Assembly: GCA_029975155.1 (NCBI GenBank)
Contig: JARKPQ010000037.1
Location: 3,725-67,724, forward strand
Length of the DNA stretch: 64,000 nt
DNA from: Propionicimonas sp.
GTDB lineage: Bacteria; Actinomycetota; Actinomycetes; Propionibacteriales; Propionibacteriaceae
Direction of reading: 5' to 3'
Both the position numbers and the translations under genes were made by a program. The notes under the pieces are model-generated. The model ran no database searches, was not told the origin of the DNA, and worked only from the letters and a program-made list of their open reading frames with translations. Every line of letters starts with the position of its first letter. Within the stretch, counting starts at the first letter, position 1. Below are positions 15,676 to 25,414 of the stretch, piece by piece.

Positions 15676-16152
15676 CTACAGCAGCGCGCGGATGTCGGCC
15701 TCGATGTCCTCCGGCGGCACGGTGGGGGCGTAGCGGCCGACGACCCGGCCCTCGCGGTCGACGAGGAACTTGGTGAAGTTCCACTTGACCGCGTCGCCGA
15801 GCACACCGCCCGCCTCACTGCGCAGCCACGTGAACAGCGGGTGCGCACCGCGTCCGTTCACGTCGACCTTGGCGAACATCGGGAATGTGACGCCGTAGTT
15901 GAGCTGGCAGAACTCCGCGATCTCCGTGTCGTCGGCGAACTCCTGGTTGGCGAACTGGTCGCACGGGAAGCCAAGGACCACCAGGCCCTGGTCGCGCAGG
16001 TCCTCGTACAGCTTCTCCAGACCGGCGAACTGCGGTGTGAACCCGCACTTGGACGCGGTGTTCACCACCAGCACCACCATGCCCAGGTAGTCGGCGAGGC
16101 GTTGGTCCTGGCCGGTGATGGTGCGTGCCTCGAAGTCCTGCAGGTTCGTCAT
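15676..16152 (-). CDS. Glutathione peroxidase family protein (Cys type)
   Basis: VNTASKCGFTPQ, LGFPCDQF and KWNFTKFL motifs. Confidence 0.93.
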   Translation of the reverse strand: MTNLQDFEARTITGQDQRLADYLGMVVLVVNTASKCGFTPQFAGLEKLYEDLRDQGLVVLGFPCDQFANQEFADDTEIAEFCQLNYGVTFPMFAKVDVNGRGAHPLFTWLRSEAGGVLGDAVKWNFTKFLVDREGRVVGRYAPTVPPEDIEADIRALL

Positions 16153-16331
16153 CCGTGGTTCCCTTCCTCCTGCTCAAGGCCGGTACTCACCCCGCTATTC
16201 CGGCCGCGACCTAGGTGTACCCGGCACAGGCCAGGGCTAGGACGAGCATTCTGCGGTTCCTGCTCCCGGATCGTCACCGGCCACGAGCACACCGCGGGCA
16301 GGCTCAGGCCGGCCGACCAGTCGATCGGCGG

Positions 16332-17432
16332 CTACTTCACAACGCTGAACAGGTAGCCCGAGCCGGGCTCGTCGATGCCGTCGAGGAACACCTCCGCGGT
16401 CCAGTACTTGTTGGGGTAGGGAATGAGCACATCCTGACCGAGGATGATGTTTCGCGTGACGTCATACATCGCATTGACGTCGTAGCCCTCTCGCCCGTGC
16501 ATCGCCTCGTGGTCGCCGACGAAGGTGGCAAACGCACACTGCGAGCAGTACGGCGGACCGGCGTCCTCGCCGCACTCCGGGGCGAAATCCACGGCAAGGA
16601 AGCCCTCCGGCACGGGTGCGTCGGCCTTCATGAACCGCCCCCACACGCCGTGCTCCGGGCCAACATCCACGCCCAGACCGTCGTGGTGCACCAGCAAGGC
16701 GTCGTGATCGAAGCCCGACGCGTACTCCTCCATCGCATCCAGGGTGCGGAACAGACCCCGGCGGGCCTCGTCGTCCCCGACGTCATCGCTGTCTCGCCCG
16801 AGGAAGCGCAGGGCGGGCATCCTCATGTACTCGAAGCTGGCCACCGTGAACCCGTCCTGCTGCCGCTGCGCCAGGTCCGGCATGAACAAGGCCCACTGCA
16901 CCGAGGCGTCACTCTCCTTGAGGTAGTTGACATACCCGTAGGCGTCGACGCTGTCGATGCCCGCCGGCCCCGTCTTGTTGCCCGCGATCCTCTCTCGGAC
17001 ATCACGCTCCCGCATGGCCGAGAAGTCCGCGAACATCCGCGAGACCGGGTCTCGCAGCGAGAGGTCGTCCGTCGCCCCGGAGAGCTCCTTGTCGAACCTG
17101 TCCAGGGTGTCGAAGACCGACGGGTTGACCACGCCCGAGGGCTCCAGTGCGCGGAGCCGCTCCCGAAGTCCTGCATTCTGCTCCCGGAACCGTGCGATCA
17201 CGCCGTCTATCAGGACCCGCTCGTTGTCGGCGAGGTGCCCTGCGGTCCATTGGGAGTCGTCGCGGATCCACTCGGTCAACGCATCAAACGCGTTCGGGTT
17301 GATTCCACGCGCCCTCGCCGCCCAGTCGACGATCCAGCGGTACGTGGCCGCCTCGGCTGGGCGATCACCCGCTTCGCCGTCGAGATCGCGCCAATCGATG
17401 AAGCAAAAACGATCGAGAAGCTGATGCGACAT
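16332..17432 (-). CDS. Hypothetical protein with C-terminal GyrI-like effector-binding domain
   Basis: AAGGAAG RBS before ATG 17432; C-terminal MPALRFLG...GRFMKADAPVPEGF pattern resembles GyrI-like folds (by eye). Confidence 0.55.
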   Translation of the reverse strand: MSHQLLDRFCFIDWRDLDGEAGDRPAEAATYRWIVDWAARARGINPNAFDALTEWIRDDSQWTAGHLADNERVLIDGVIARFREQNAGLRERLRALEPSGVVNPSVFDTLDRFDKELSGATDDLSLRDPVSRMFADFSAMRERDVRERIAGNKTGPAGIDSVDAYGYVNYLKESDASVQWALFMPDLAQRQQDGFTVASFEYMRMPALRFLGRDSDDVGDDEARRGLFRTLDAMEEYASGFDHDALLVHHDGLGVDVGPEHGVWGRFMKADAPVPEGFLAVDFAPECGEDAGPPYCSQCAFATFVGDHEAMHGREGYDVNAMYDVTRNIILGQDVLIPYPNKYWTAEVFLDGIDEPGSGYLFSVVK

Positions 17433-17567
17433 GGTGACTTCTTCCTTGAAACGCCGGCATCGCGAAAGGGCAGTGGTCACATCACAGGGACCGGACCGCC
17501 ACCACAATCCTCGCACCGATCCGCGTGCCCAGTGGCCCATCGGGATCATCCTCCGAAGACGCCCGAA

Positions 17568-17641
17568 GAATCACATCCGTGTCGTTATCCCCATTGTGGA
17601 CGACGCCTGTGGGCAAGCGGCGAGTCTCGGACGCGTGCCAG
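17568..17641. repeat. Direct repeat copy 1 (~73 bp, DnaA-box-like motifs)
   Basis: GAATCACATCcGTGTcGTTATCCCCATTGTGGACGACGCCTGTGG...; 29-bp exact core shared with 19083-19154. Confidence 0.85.
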
Positions 17642-17652
17642 GGCGTCCACGT

Positions 17653-18099
17653 CTATGCACGCTCACAGACCCAGCCTTCGGGCATGCGGCCCATGCCGAT
17701 GAAGATGCCGAGTTCGTCCGCCTGCTCGGGTGGCAGATCCACGTCGGCGCGTGGGTAGATGACGGGTTCCTCCTTGCTGTTGTGCCGGTCCAGCAGTTCC
17801 AGGAGCTGTCTGGCGGACGCCTCCGCGGTCTCCGGCCCCTCCTTGTCGACGGCGTCCAGGAGGTCATCGATCAGGCGCCAGAGCTGGCCGTGCTCGCTGA
17901 GCATCACCTGCACCGGCATCTCGAGGCCGGCCGCTCGCAGCGGCGGGAAGAGGAAGGCCTCTTCGAGGTAGATGTGGCGGCGCAGGGCCGCCAGGCCCGT
18001 GCGCAACACGTCGGTGGCGCCGCAGGGATCGTCGAGGAACGCCTCCACGCAGCCGTCGATATCCTGGTGCTCGCGCTCCAGGGCGGCCGCGATGGTCAT
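17653..18099 (-). CDS. Hemerythrin (HHE) domain protein
   Basis: EH, RRHIYLEE, EHG and HNSKEE metal-ligand motifs; overlaps the osmC stop. Confidence 0.85.
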   Translation of the reverse strand: MTIAAALEREHQDIDGCVEAFLDDPCGATDVLRTGLAALRRHIYLEEAFLFPPLRAAGLEMPVQVMLSEHGQLWRLIDDLLDAVDKEGPETAEASARQLLELLDRHNSKEEPVIYPRADVDLPPEQADELGIFIGMGRMPEGWVCERA

Positions 18100-18536
18100 G
18101 ACAGCACCGCCTCGACGGTGATCTCCGCCCCGGCGAACAGCCGCGACACCGGGCACAGTCGCGCGGCCTCGTCCACGACCGCCGTGAACCCGGACGCGTC
18201 CACTCCGTCGACGCGTCCGGTGACCGTGATCCGGGAGGTGGTGATCGTCGGTACTCCCGCAACCTCCTCCAGGGATACCGTCGCCGACACGTCCAGCTCC
18301 GCCGGTTCGAGCCCGTGCTCGCCGAGCGTCAACGCCAGCGCCATGGAGAAGCAGGACGAGTGCGCCGCGGCGAGGAGTTCCTCCGGGCTGGTCCTGCCAT
18401 CGGGACGCACGGTCCGGGACGCCCAGGTCACCGCCTGGCCGTCCAGGACTCCGCTGCTGCTCCCGCCGATGGTGCCTCCGCCGGCGGTCAGCGATCCCGT
18501 CCACGTGGTCTTGGCGGTTCGTTCTGCGATGGCCAT
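18096..18536 (-). CDS. osmC: OsmC family peroxiredoxin
   Basis: TSPEELLAAAHSSCFSMAL and CPVS. Confidence 0.9.
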   Translation of the reverse strand: MAIAERTAKTTWTGSLTAGGGTIGGSSSGVLDGQAVTWASRTVRPDGRTSPEELLAAAHSSCFSMALALTLGEHGLEPAELDVSATVSLEEVAGVPTITTSRITVTGRVDGVDASGFTAVVDEAARLCPVSRLFAGAEITVEAVLS

Positions 18537-18564
18537 GTCACTCTCTCCTTCTGCTCGCGCTCGA

Positions 18565-18584
18565 TTAGATTGCGCACAATCTAA
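18565..18584. promoter_or_regulatory. Palindromic operator for the divergent MarR/OhrR
   Basis: TTAGATTG-CGCA-CAATCTAA perfect inverted repeat between divergent osmC and marR. Confidence 0.75.
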
Positions 18585-18628
18585 CTGTACGCAATGAATG
18601 CGCTAGGGTGAAGGTCCAGGAGGTGGGC

Positions 18629-19099
18629 ATGGGACAGACAGCGCTCGAACGGCCGGCCAGGGTCGACGACCAGTTGTGCTTTGCGCTCTACGCGGCGTCG
18701 AAAGCCCTCACCGCGGCCTATCGGCAGGCGCTGGGGGAACTGGCGCTCACCTACCCCCAGTACCTCGCGATGCTGGCCGTCTGGGAGTCCGACGGCAGGA
18801 CGGTCGCCGAACTGGGCCGAGCCATCGACCTGGATTCGGGGACGCTGTCGCCGCTGCTGCGCCGGCTCGAAGGGGCAGGCCTCGTCCGCAGGGAACGCAG
18901 CGCCCAGGATGAGCGCGTGGTGCGGGTTTTCGTCACCGATCGGGGGCGCGAACTGGAGCCGCGCGCCGCGGCCGTCCGCGCCGGTGTCGAGGCAGCGACC
19001 GGGCTGAGCACGGAGGAGTTCGTCCAGCTTCGCGCCATGCTGCACCGGCTGCGCAGCGCCATCGCGGTCGCCACCGCCGAGGGAATCACATCGGTGTAG
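18629..19099 (+). CDS. MarR family regulator, OhrR-like
   Basis: DDQLCFALYAAS (sensing Cys), LTYPQYL, LDSGTLSPLLRRLE, DERVVRV; GGAGG before ATG 18629 (alternative GTG 18608). Confidence 0.9.
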   Translation: MGQTALERPARVDDQLCFALYAASKALTAAYRQALGELALTYPQYLAMLAVWESDGRTVAELGRAIDLDSGTLSPLLRRLEGAGLVRRERSAQDERVVRVFVTDRGRELEPRAAAVRAGVEAATGLSTEEFVQLRAMLHRLRSAIAVATAEGITSV

Positions 19100-19154
19100 T
19101 TATCCCCATTGTGGACGACGCCTGTGGACAGGCGGGAGTCCCGGGACGTGCCAG
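19083..19154. repeat. Direct repeat copy 2 (~72 bp, DnaA-box-like motifs)
   Basis: Matches 17568-17641; overlaps the last codons and stop of marR. Confidence 0.85.
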
Positions 19155-19338
19155 CTCTCCCTGGGTTACCGGGTGCCGGCCCCGATCGAGCGCCGTGCGG
19201 CGTCGGGGACCGGCCGGCGTCGGTACTTGTCAGGCGCGTGCGATAGACATCAGATGGCGCAAGTTCCATGAACGAGCGGCTGATCCACACCGACCGGCGA
19301 GCTCCCGTGAACGCGTGCCGAAACGCCCCTAGTCGAAG

Positions 19339-19803
19339 GTGGATACTTCAATCATGACGTACGCTCCTTCCCCGCAACTCGTCAGTGTCGGGTACGAAGG
19401 CCGCAGCATCGATGAACTGGTGCAGGTCCTTCTGGCCGAAGACGTTGCAGTTCTGGTTGACGTTCGGTTGACCCCGATCTCGCGCAAGCCGGGTCTGTCG
19501 AAGACCGCTCTCAAGAATGCACTTCGCGACGCGGGGATCGAGTACGTCCACCACCGCGAACTCGGCAACCCCAAGTGGAACCGCGACGGCTATCGGGCCG
19601 GTGAGTCGACGTCGTTGGCGCTGTATCAGCGCGTGCTGGGCTCGAGCGAAGGTCGTTCAGCTCTGCGCCATGTCACCGAACTGTTCGAAGGTGGGACTGT
19701 CGCGCTCTTGTGTTTCGAGCGCGACCACGACCACTGCCACCGTCACCAGGTCGTCAAGGAACTCGGCGAGCTGTGTGACGACCTTCGAGTTACCTACGCC
19801 TGA
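19339..19803 (+). CDS. DUF488 domain protein
   Basis: SVGYEG, LVDVRLTPISRKPG, ELGNP and LLCFERDHDHCHR motifs. Confidence 0.88.
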   Translation: MDTSIMTYAPSPQLVSVGYEGRSIDELVQVLLAEDVAVLVDVRLTPISRKPGLSKTALKNALRDAGIEYVHHRELGNPKWNRDGYRAGESTSLALYQRVLGSSEGRSALRHVTELFEGGTVALLCFERDHDHCHRHQVVKELGELCDDLRVTYA

Positions 19804-20639
19804 CTGAAGAACCCGCCGTCGGACAGATCGGGAGGTTCCGTCTTCGGGGACCACACCCCCAACGCGGAGAAGGACGCCCGGTGCTGGTGAAGGTTCCCAA
19901 CGAACAGGTGAGTGTCATGATTCACATCGAAGAGCTCCTCGTACTTCTGTTGGAGCATCTCCCGCGCCCTCAACGTCCCGTTCTCGCGTGACCATGTGCG
20001 GCCGGCCTGTCCCGTCTCCCAGTCCAGTAGGGAGGGCTCGTGGGTCGGGCACGCCGGGCTATCGCACCGGTACCTGACTGTCACGCGGAACGGTGCAGGC
20101 TGGAGTTCCTTGAACCCTTCCGGGTTGAAGAGGTCCGGCTGCGCAGCTTTGGTGACCTTGCTGAGTTGGCGGTCGTCCCAGGGATCCCCGTCTGCGACAC
20201 TGATCCGCACGTCGCGAACCCTCACGAGCCCCAGTGAGGGCGCTGGTTGTGAGTAGTCGACGGCTTGGTTGGCTGCGATCAGATCGCACGTGGTCGTGGC
20301 GCCGATCAACGGCCGAATCAGCTGTCGTCGCTCTGCCCAGTTCTTGGCGGGGCCAACGATGCGTACAGACCGGAGGTGGGTCTGGTCAGGGCGCATCGAC
20401 TCGGGCCGCGGGTCCTTCGTGCCGGGAGACGCCACCGGAACCTCAATGATCTCGTACTTCGCGAACTGCTGCTCGTAATCGACGAGCCTGAACTTCATCG
20501 GGTAGAGCCGGATCCACTCGGGATGGCCTCGGTCGAGGCGGACGCCCGCGACACACACGGTCTCGCCGTACTTGTCCGACGGACTTGGGTAGGTCTTGAC
20601 CGTCACCAAGACCGTCGCCTTCTCTCCTCCGACCATCAT
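19794..20639 (-). CDS. Conserved hypothetical protein convergent with DUF488 (possibly dual-OB-like)
   Basis: VTVKTYPSPSDKYGETVCVAG, WIRLYP, DPRPES, SLGLV, DWE and FVGN; family assignment from memory, not verified. Confidence 0.7.
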   Translation of the reverse strand: MMVGGEKATVLVTVKTYPSPSDKYGETVCVAGVRLDRGHPEWIRLYPMKFRLVDYEQQFAKYEIIEVPVASPGTKDPRPESMRPDQTHLRSVRIVGPAKNWAERRQLIRPLIGATTTCDLIAANQAVDYSQPAPSLGLVRVRDVRISVADGDPWDDRQLSKVTKAAQPDLFNPEGFKELQPAPFRVTVRYRCDSPACPTHEPSLLDWETGQAGRTWSRENGTLRAREMLQQKYEELFDVNHDTHLFVGNLHQHRASFSALGVWSPKTEPPDLSDGGFFSQA

Positions 20640-20792
20640 TCCCCCTGTGTCTTGGCGGCCTCCAGCAGGCTAACGGTCGGCCCTGACGTCCTCTGAGGGG
20701 AGCCCAGGGGCAACTCGCGCACGCAGCGTCCAGGTCATCGACCTGCCCAGCCGATCCACATGGGCGAGGCCCGAGCCCTCAAGGACCGGCCA

Positions 20793-21977
20793 TCACGAGA
20801 TCGCGGCCTTGGTCTCCCTGGCCATGGCGAGTTCTTCGTTGGTGGGGATGACGAGAACGGTGATGGGGGAGTCCGGGGTGGAGATGGTCCGGGCCTCCCG
20901 GGAGCGGGCCTGGTTGGCGCTCTCGTCCAGGATGGCGCCGATGCCGGCGAGGCGTCCGACGACCTTTGCGCGGACGAGGGCGTCGTTCTCGCCCACGCCG
21001 GCGGTGAACGTGATCGCGTCGACGCCGCCGAGGATGGCGATGTAGGCGCCGATGTAGCTGATCAGCCGGTGGCAGTACACGTCCATCGCCAGGGTGGCGG
21101 CGGGGTCGCCCTCCTCGATGAGCTCGTTCACGTCCCGGAAGTCGGTGACGCCGGCGAGGCCGAGCATGCCGGACTTCTTGTTGAGCAGGTTGTCGACCTC
21201 GCCCAGGTCCATGCCGAGTTCGCGGCCGAGGAAGGCGTGCAGGCCGGGATCGACGTCGCCGGAGCGGGTGCCCATCACCAGCCCGGCCAGCGGGGTGAGG
21301 CCCATCGAGGTCTCGACCGCGACCCCGTCCTTGATGGCGGAGATCGAGGCGCCGTTGCCCAGATGGCACACGATCTGCTTCAGGTTGCCGTAGTCGCGGC
21401 CCAGGAATTCCGCGGCCCGCTTCGACACATAGCTGTGGGAGGTGCCGTGGAAGCCGTACTTGCGGATGCCGTGGGCGGCGGCGAGGTCGGCGGGGATCGC
21501 GTAGGTGTAGGCCTCCGGCGGGAGGGTGGCGAAGAACGCGGTGTCGAAGATCGCCACGTGGGGCACGTCGGGGAGGGCCTCGCGAGCGGCCTCGATCCCG
21601 GCGATGCCGGGCGGGTTGTGCAGCGGCGCCAGTGGGGACAGCTCCCGCAGCTTCGCGAGCACGTCGTCGTCGATCACCACCGTGGAGCGGAACGCCTCAC
21701 CACCATGGACGGTGCGGTGCCCGACCGCCCTGATGCTGTCCAGGTCCGGGCCGTGGGCGTTGAACACCCGCACCAGATAGTTCAGGGCGCGGGCATGGTT
21801 GGGGAAGCCGCGGTCCACGTGCACGGTCTCGCCGTCCAGCTTGTGGTCCAGCGTGCCGGATTCCTCACCGATCCGCTGGATGATCCCCGACGCGACCACC
21901 ACCTCGGAGTCAGCGTCGATCACCTTGTACTTGATCGAGCTCGAGCCGCAGTTCAGCAGCAGGACGGGGGTACTCAT
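20793..21977 (-). CDS. ackA: Acetate kinase
   Basis: NCGSSSIK, GHRTVHGG, LAPLHNP, YGFHGTSH, HLGNGAS, MGTRSGD and IPTNEE. Confidence 0.97.
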   Translation of the reverse strand: MSTPVLLLNCGSSSIKYKVIDADSEVVVASGIIQRIGEESGTLDHKLDGETVHVDRGFPNHARALNYLVRVFNAHGPDLDSIRAVGHRTVHGGEAFRSTVVIDDDVLAKLRELSPLAPLHNPPGIAGIEAAREALPDVPHVAIFDTAFFATLPPEAYTYAIPADLAAAHGIRKYGFHGTSHSYVSKRAAEFLGRDYGNLKQIVCHLGNGASISAIKDGVAVETSMGLTPLAGLVMGTRSGDVDPGLHAFLGRELGMDLGEVDNLLNKKSGMLGLAGVTDFRDVNELIEEGDPAATLAMDVYCHRLISYIGAYIAILGGVDAITFTAGVGENDALVRAKVVGRLAGIGAILDESANQARSREARTISTPDSPITVLVIPTNEELAMARETKAAIS

Positions 21978-22038
21978 TCGGACTCCTTCGGCGGACGGTT
22001 TCGGAGAGTGAACGGAAAGGGACCCGTCCCCTTTCCGT

Positions 22039-24126
22039 TCAGGCCTGGGCCTGGATGGCGGTGATGGCGACGGTGTTGACGATGTCTTCGACGAGGGCGC
22101 CGCGGGAGAGGTCGTTGACGGCTTTGTTGAGGCCTTGGAGGACGGGGCCGATCGCGACGGCTCCGGAGGAGCGTTGGACGGCTTTGTAGGTGTTGTTGCC
22201 GGTGTTCAGGTCGGGGAAGATGAACACCGTCGCGCGGCCGGCGACCGGGGAGTCGGGCAGCTTGGTCCGTGCTACGACGGGGTCGACGGCGGCGTCGAAC
22301 TGGATCGGGCCTTCGAGGGCGAGGTCGGGCATCCGTTCGCGGACGATCTCGGTGGCCTGGCGTACCTTGTCCACGTCCGCGCCGGTGCCTGAGGTGCCGG
22401 TGGAGTAGGACAGCATGGCCACCCGCGGCTCGATCCCGAACGCGATGGCGGTCTCGGCGGAGCTGATCGCGATGTCGGCCAACTGTTCTGCGGTCGGGTC
22501 GGGGTTCACCGCGCAGTCGGCGTAGACGACGACCCGGTCGGGCATGCACATCAGGAACGAGCCGGAGACGACCTTCACGCCGGGTTTGGTCTTGATGAAC
22601 TCCAGGGACGGCCGGATCGTGTTCGCGGTGGTGTTGATCGCGCCGGAGACCATGCCGTCGGCCATGCCGAGGTGGACCATCATCGTGCCGAAGTAGGACA
22701 GGTCGGTGAGCTTCTCTCTCGCCTGTTCGAGGGTGACGCCCTTGTGCGCCCGCAGCCGGGCGTACTCGGCGGCGAACCGCTCGACCAGGTCGGGGGCGGT
22801 CGGGTCGACCACCTGGACGCCGAGCAGGCTCAGCCCGAGTTGGGTGGCGCGCTGCTTGATCGCCTGGGCGTTGCCCAGCAGGACGATGTTCGCCACGCCC
22901 CGCTGCAACAGGATGTCGGCGGAGGTGAGGATGCGGTCGTCGGCCGACTCGGGCATGACGATCGTGCGGCGATCGGTTCGGGCGATGTCCTGCAGTTGGT
23001 GCTCGAACATCAGCGGCGTGACCACCTCGGAGCGGTGCACCTGCAGGGCCTGCAGCAGCGCGGGGGTGTCCACGTACTCGGAGAACAGCCGGCGGGCGGC
23101 CTCCACCTTCCGTGGGCTGGACGTCATCGCCCCTTCCAGCCGGAACATCCGGTCCGAGGAGGTGTAGGTGCCCAGGTGGGTCATGCCGATCGGCAGCTCG
23201 TTGTGGATGCTGTCGATCAGTTTCACGATCGTGTCGGGGATCTCGTAGCCACCCAGCAGGATGATCCCGGCCAGCTGCGGGAACGAGCCCGACGCGTGCG
23301 CCAGCAGCAGGCCGGGCAGCATGTCGGACCGGTCACCGGGCATGATGATCGTCGACTCCGGGGTGAGCCGGCGCAGCACGTTCGGCAGCGTCATCGCCGC
23401 CACCAGGATGTCCTGGGACTCCCGATCCAGCAGCTCGGGACTGCCGAGCACCAGGTTCGCCTCCACCGCCTTGAACTGGGCCCGGACGGTGGGCGCGGCC
23501 AGCAGCCGATCGGCTGGCAGCGCCGCGGTGACCACACCGGGAAGCTTCGACAACTCCGCACGGACGGCGGCCAGCTCGGCCGGGTCCACGTCCTCGCTGG
23601 TACCACGCTCCACCGACGACACCCGGTTCGCGATCACCGCGATCACCTTCGCGTGATGGGCCTCGAACTCCGCCACCCCACCCTCCGCAGCCGAACGGAT
23701 CTCCTCCGGCGTCCGATCCCGACCCGACACCACCAACACCACCGGCGCATTCAGATTCGCCGCCACCCGAGCATTGAAGGTGAGCTCGGTCGGGGACGTG
23801 GTCTCGGTGTAGTCCGAGCCCAGGATCACCACCGACTCATAGCGCGCCTTGATCCCGGCGTACTTCTCCACCAGCACGTGCAGCGCCGCGTCGGCGTCGC
23901 GGTGGACGTCCTCATAGGTGACCCCGGCCGCCTCGGCATAGGTCTGTTCCACACCCGGCTGCCCGAGCAGCGTGTGCAGGATGGCGTCCTCCGGCCCGCT
24001 CCGCACGACCGGGCGGAACACCCCGACCGAACTCACCGTCCGGGTCAGCGCCTCGATCATGCCGACGGCGACCATCGACTTGCCCGTCAGCCCCTCCGGC
24101 GCGGCGACGTAGATGCTGTTGCTCAC
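22039..24126 (-). CDS. pta: Phosphate acetyltransferase (long form, AAA_26-DRTGG-PTA)
   Basis: GKSMVA, PES-D-RIL, ADCAVNP, GPIQFDAA, FPDLNTGN and VNDLSRG. Confidence 0.96.
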   Translation of the reverse strand: MSNSIYVAAPEGLTGKSMVAVGMIEALTRTVSSVGVFRPVVRSGPEDAILHTLLGQPGVEQTYAEAAGVTYEDVHRDADAALHVLVEKYAGIKARYESVVILGSDYTETTSPTELTFNARVAANLNAPVVLVVSGRDRTPEEIRSAAEGGVAEFEAHHAKVIAVIANRVSSVERGTSEDVDPAELAAVRAELSKLPGVVTAALPADRLLAAPTVRAQFKAVEANLVLGSPELLDRESQDILVAAMTLPNVLRRLTPESTIIMPGDRSDMLPGLLLAHASGSFPQLAGIILLGGYEIPDTIVKLIDSIHNELPIGMTHLGTYTSSDRMFRLEGAMTSSPRKVEAARRLFSEYVDTPALLQALQVHRSEVVTPLMFEHQLQDIARTDRRTIVMPESADDRILTSADILLQRGVANIVLLGNAQAIKQRATQLGLSLLGVQVVDPTAPDLVERFAAEYARLRAHKGVTLEQAREKLTDLSYFGTMMVHLGMADGMVSGAINTTANTIRPSLEFIKTKPGVKVVSGSFLMCMPDRVVVYADCAVNPDPTAEQLADIAISSAETAIAFGIEPRVAMLSYSTGTSGTGADVDKVRQATEIVRERMPDLALEGPIQFDAAVDPVVARTKLPDSPVAGRATVFIFPDLNTGNNTYKAVQRSSGAVAIGPVLQGLNKAVNDLSRGALVEDIVNTVAITAIQAQA

Positions 24127-24436
24127 AGGGTCAGGCTATCGCCGCCCGCCGGGTGTGCCCCGCCGGGGCCCAAAGCGCGACTCGGCATCCGGTCGTCCCG
24201 GGTTCCTCACGTCGTCCCGGGCTCCTCACGTCGTCCTGGGCTCTCACGTCATCCCGGACTTGATCCGGGATCTCTGTCGATCGGGCTGCCGGGGCGGGCG
24301 CCGGGGATCCCGGCGTTCGCCGGGATGACACGGTGGGGGCGGACGCGGCTGGCTGCGGCGGTGCTCGGGAACCGGTCGTCGAGCTTGTCGAGACGCGGTG
24401 GTGGCTTCCGGTCGGCCGGGGATGGCGAGGAATATC

Positions 24437-25231
24437 TCAGCGCATCACGGACGCGAGCCAGTCCATGTCGCCGCGCTGGCCCTCGACGCCGCCGGGGGTC
24501 TCGACGACGATCGGCGCGCCGGCGGTGGAGACCACCTCGGCGACCCCCTCGGGGTCACAGTTGCCGGTGCCGAAGTTGGCGTGCCGGTCGGCGCCGGAGT
24601 CGAAGGCGTCCCGCGAGTCGTTGGCGTGCACGAGGTCGATGCGTCCGGTGATCGCGAGCACCCGGTCGACCAGCCCGAGCAGCTCGTTGCCGCCCGCGTG
24701 GGCGTGGCAGGTGTCCAGGCAGAAGCCCACCCGGTCGGCGTTCGGCGAGGCGGAGATCGCGTCCCACAACTGGGCGAGACGGTCGAGTTGGCGCGCCATC
24801 GCGTTCGCGCCGCCGGCCGTGTTCTCGATCAGCAACGGGACGTCGATGGTGAGCCCGTCGATGGCCTTGCGCCAGTTGTCGAACCCCACGGCCGGGTCGT
24901 CGGACGCCAGCACGTGCCCGCCGTGCACGATCAACCCGGCCGCTCCGATCTCGGCCGCGGCGGCGAGCTGCTTCTGCAGGTGCTGCCGGCTCGGGATCCG
25001 GATCCGGTTGTTGGTCGAGGCCAGGTTCAGCACATACGGCGCGTGCACGTACAGCGCCACGCCGGCGGCCTCCGCGTCCGCCCGCAGCGCGGCCGCGCCC
25101 CCCGGATAGGCCACCTTCGGGCCCTTCCAGGCCTGCGGGTCGCCGAGGAAGAACTGGCTGAGCCCCGCCCCGCGAGCCGCAGCCTCCGCGATCGGGTCCT
25201 GCTGGTCGACATGTCCACCCATCAACACCAT
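24437..25231 (-). CDS. nfo: Endonuclease IV (AP endonuclease)
   Basis: HAPYVLN, HGGH, ENTAGG, CLDTCHA, HANDS, DRHAN and ETP. Confidence 0.9.
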   Translation of the reverse strand: MVLMGGHVDQQDPIAEAAARGAGLSQFFLGDPQAWKGPKVAYPGGAAALRADAEAAGVALYVHAPYVLNLASTNNRIRIPSRQHLQKQLAAAAEIGAAGLIVHGGHVLASDDPAVGFDNWRKAIDGLTIDVPLLIENTAGGANAMARQLDRLAQLWDAISASPNADRVGFCLDTCHAHAGGNELLGLVDRVLAITGRIDLVHANDSRDAFDSGADRHANFGTGNCDPEGVAEVVSTAGAPIVVETPGGVEGQRGDMDWLASVMR

Positions 25232-25414
25232 GACGGCAGTCTAGGCAGCCCCACCCCCACCGCCCGCCCCGGTCGAAAACGGGGGCCAGACCCCCTTTCC
25301 GCCACCTTCTTCCGGAGCGCCGCGGAGACACTCGGTGAAAAGGTGCGGCGGAGGTGATGTGGGAGCAACCTACGCTGGAGTAGGTTTGGCTGCAGGGAGA
25401 CGCGAAGGAGCACG

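Noticed and set aside
17568-19154. DnaA-like boxes as oriC
   Set aside because: Too few boxes, no dnaA/dnaN and no AT-rich unwinding element
19622-19645. Third GTATCAG as another ECF promoter
   Set aside because: It lies inside a CDS, and the following GCTCG is at 10-nt spacing rather than 14-15
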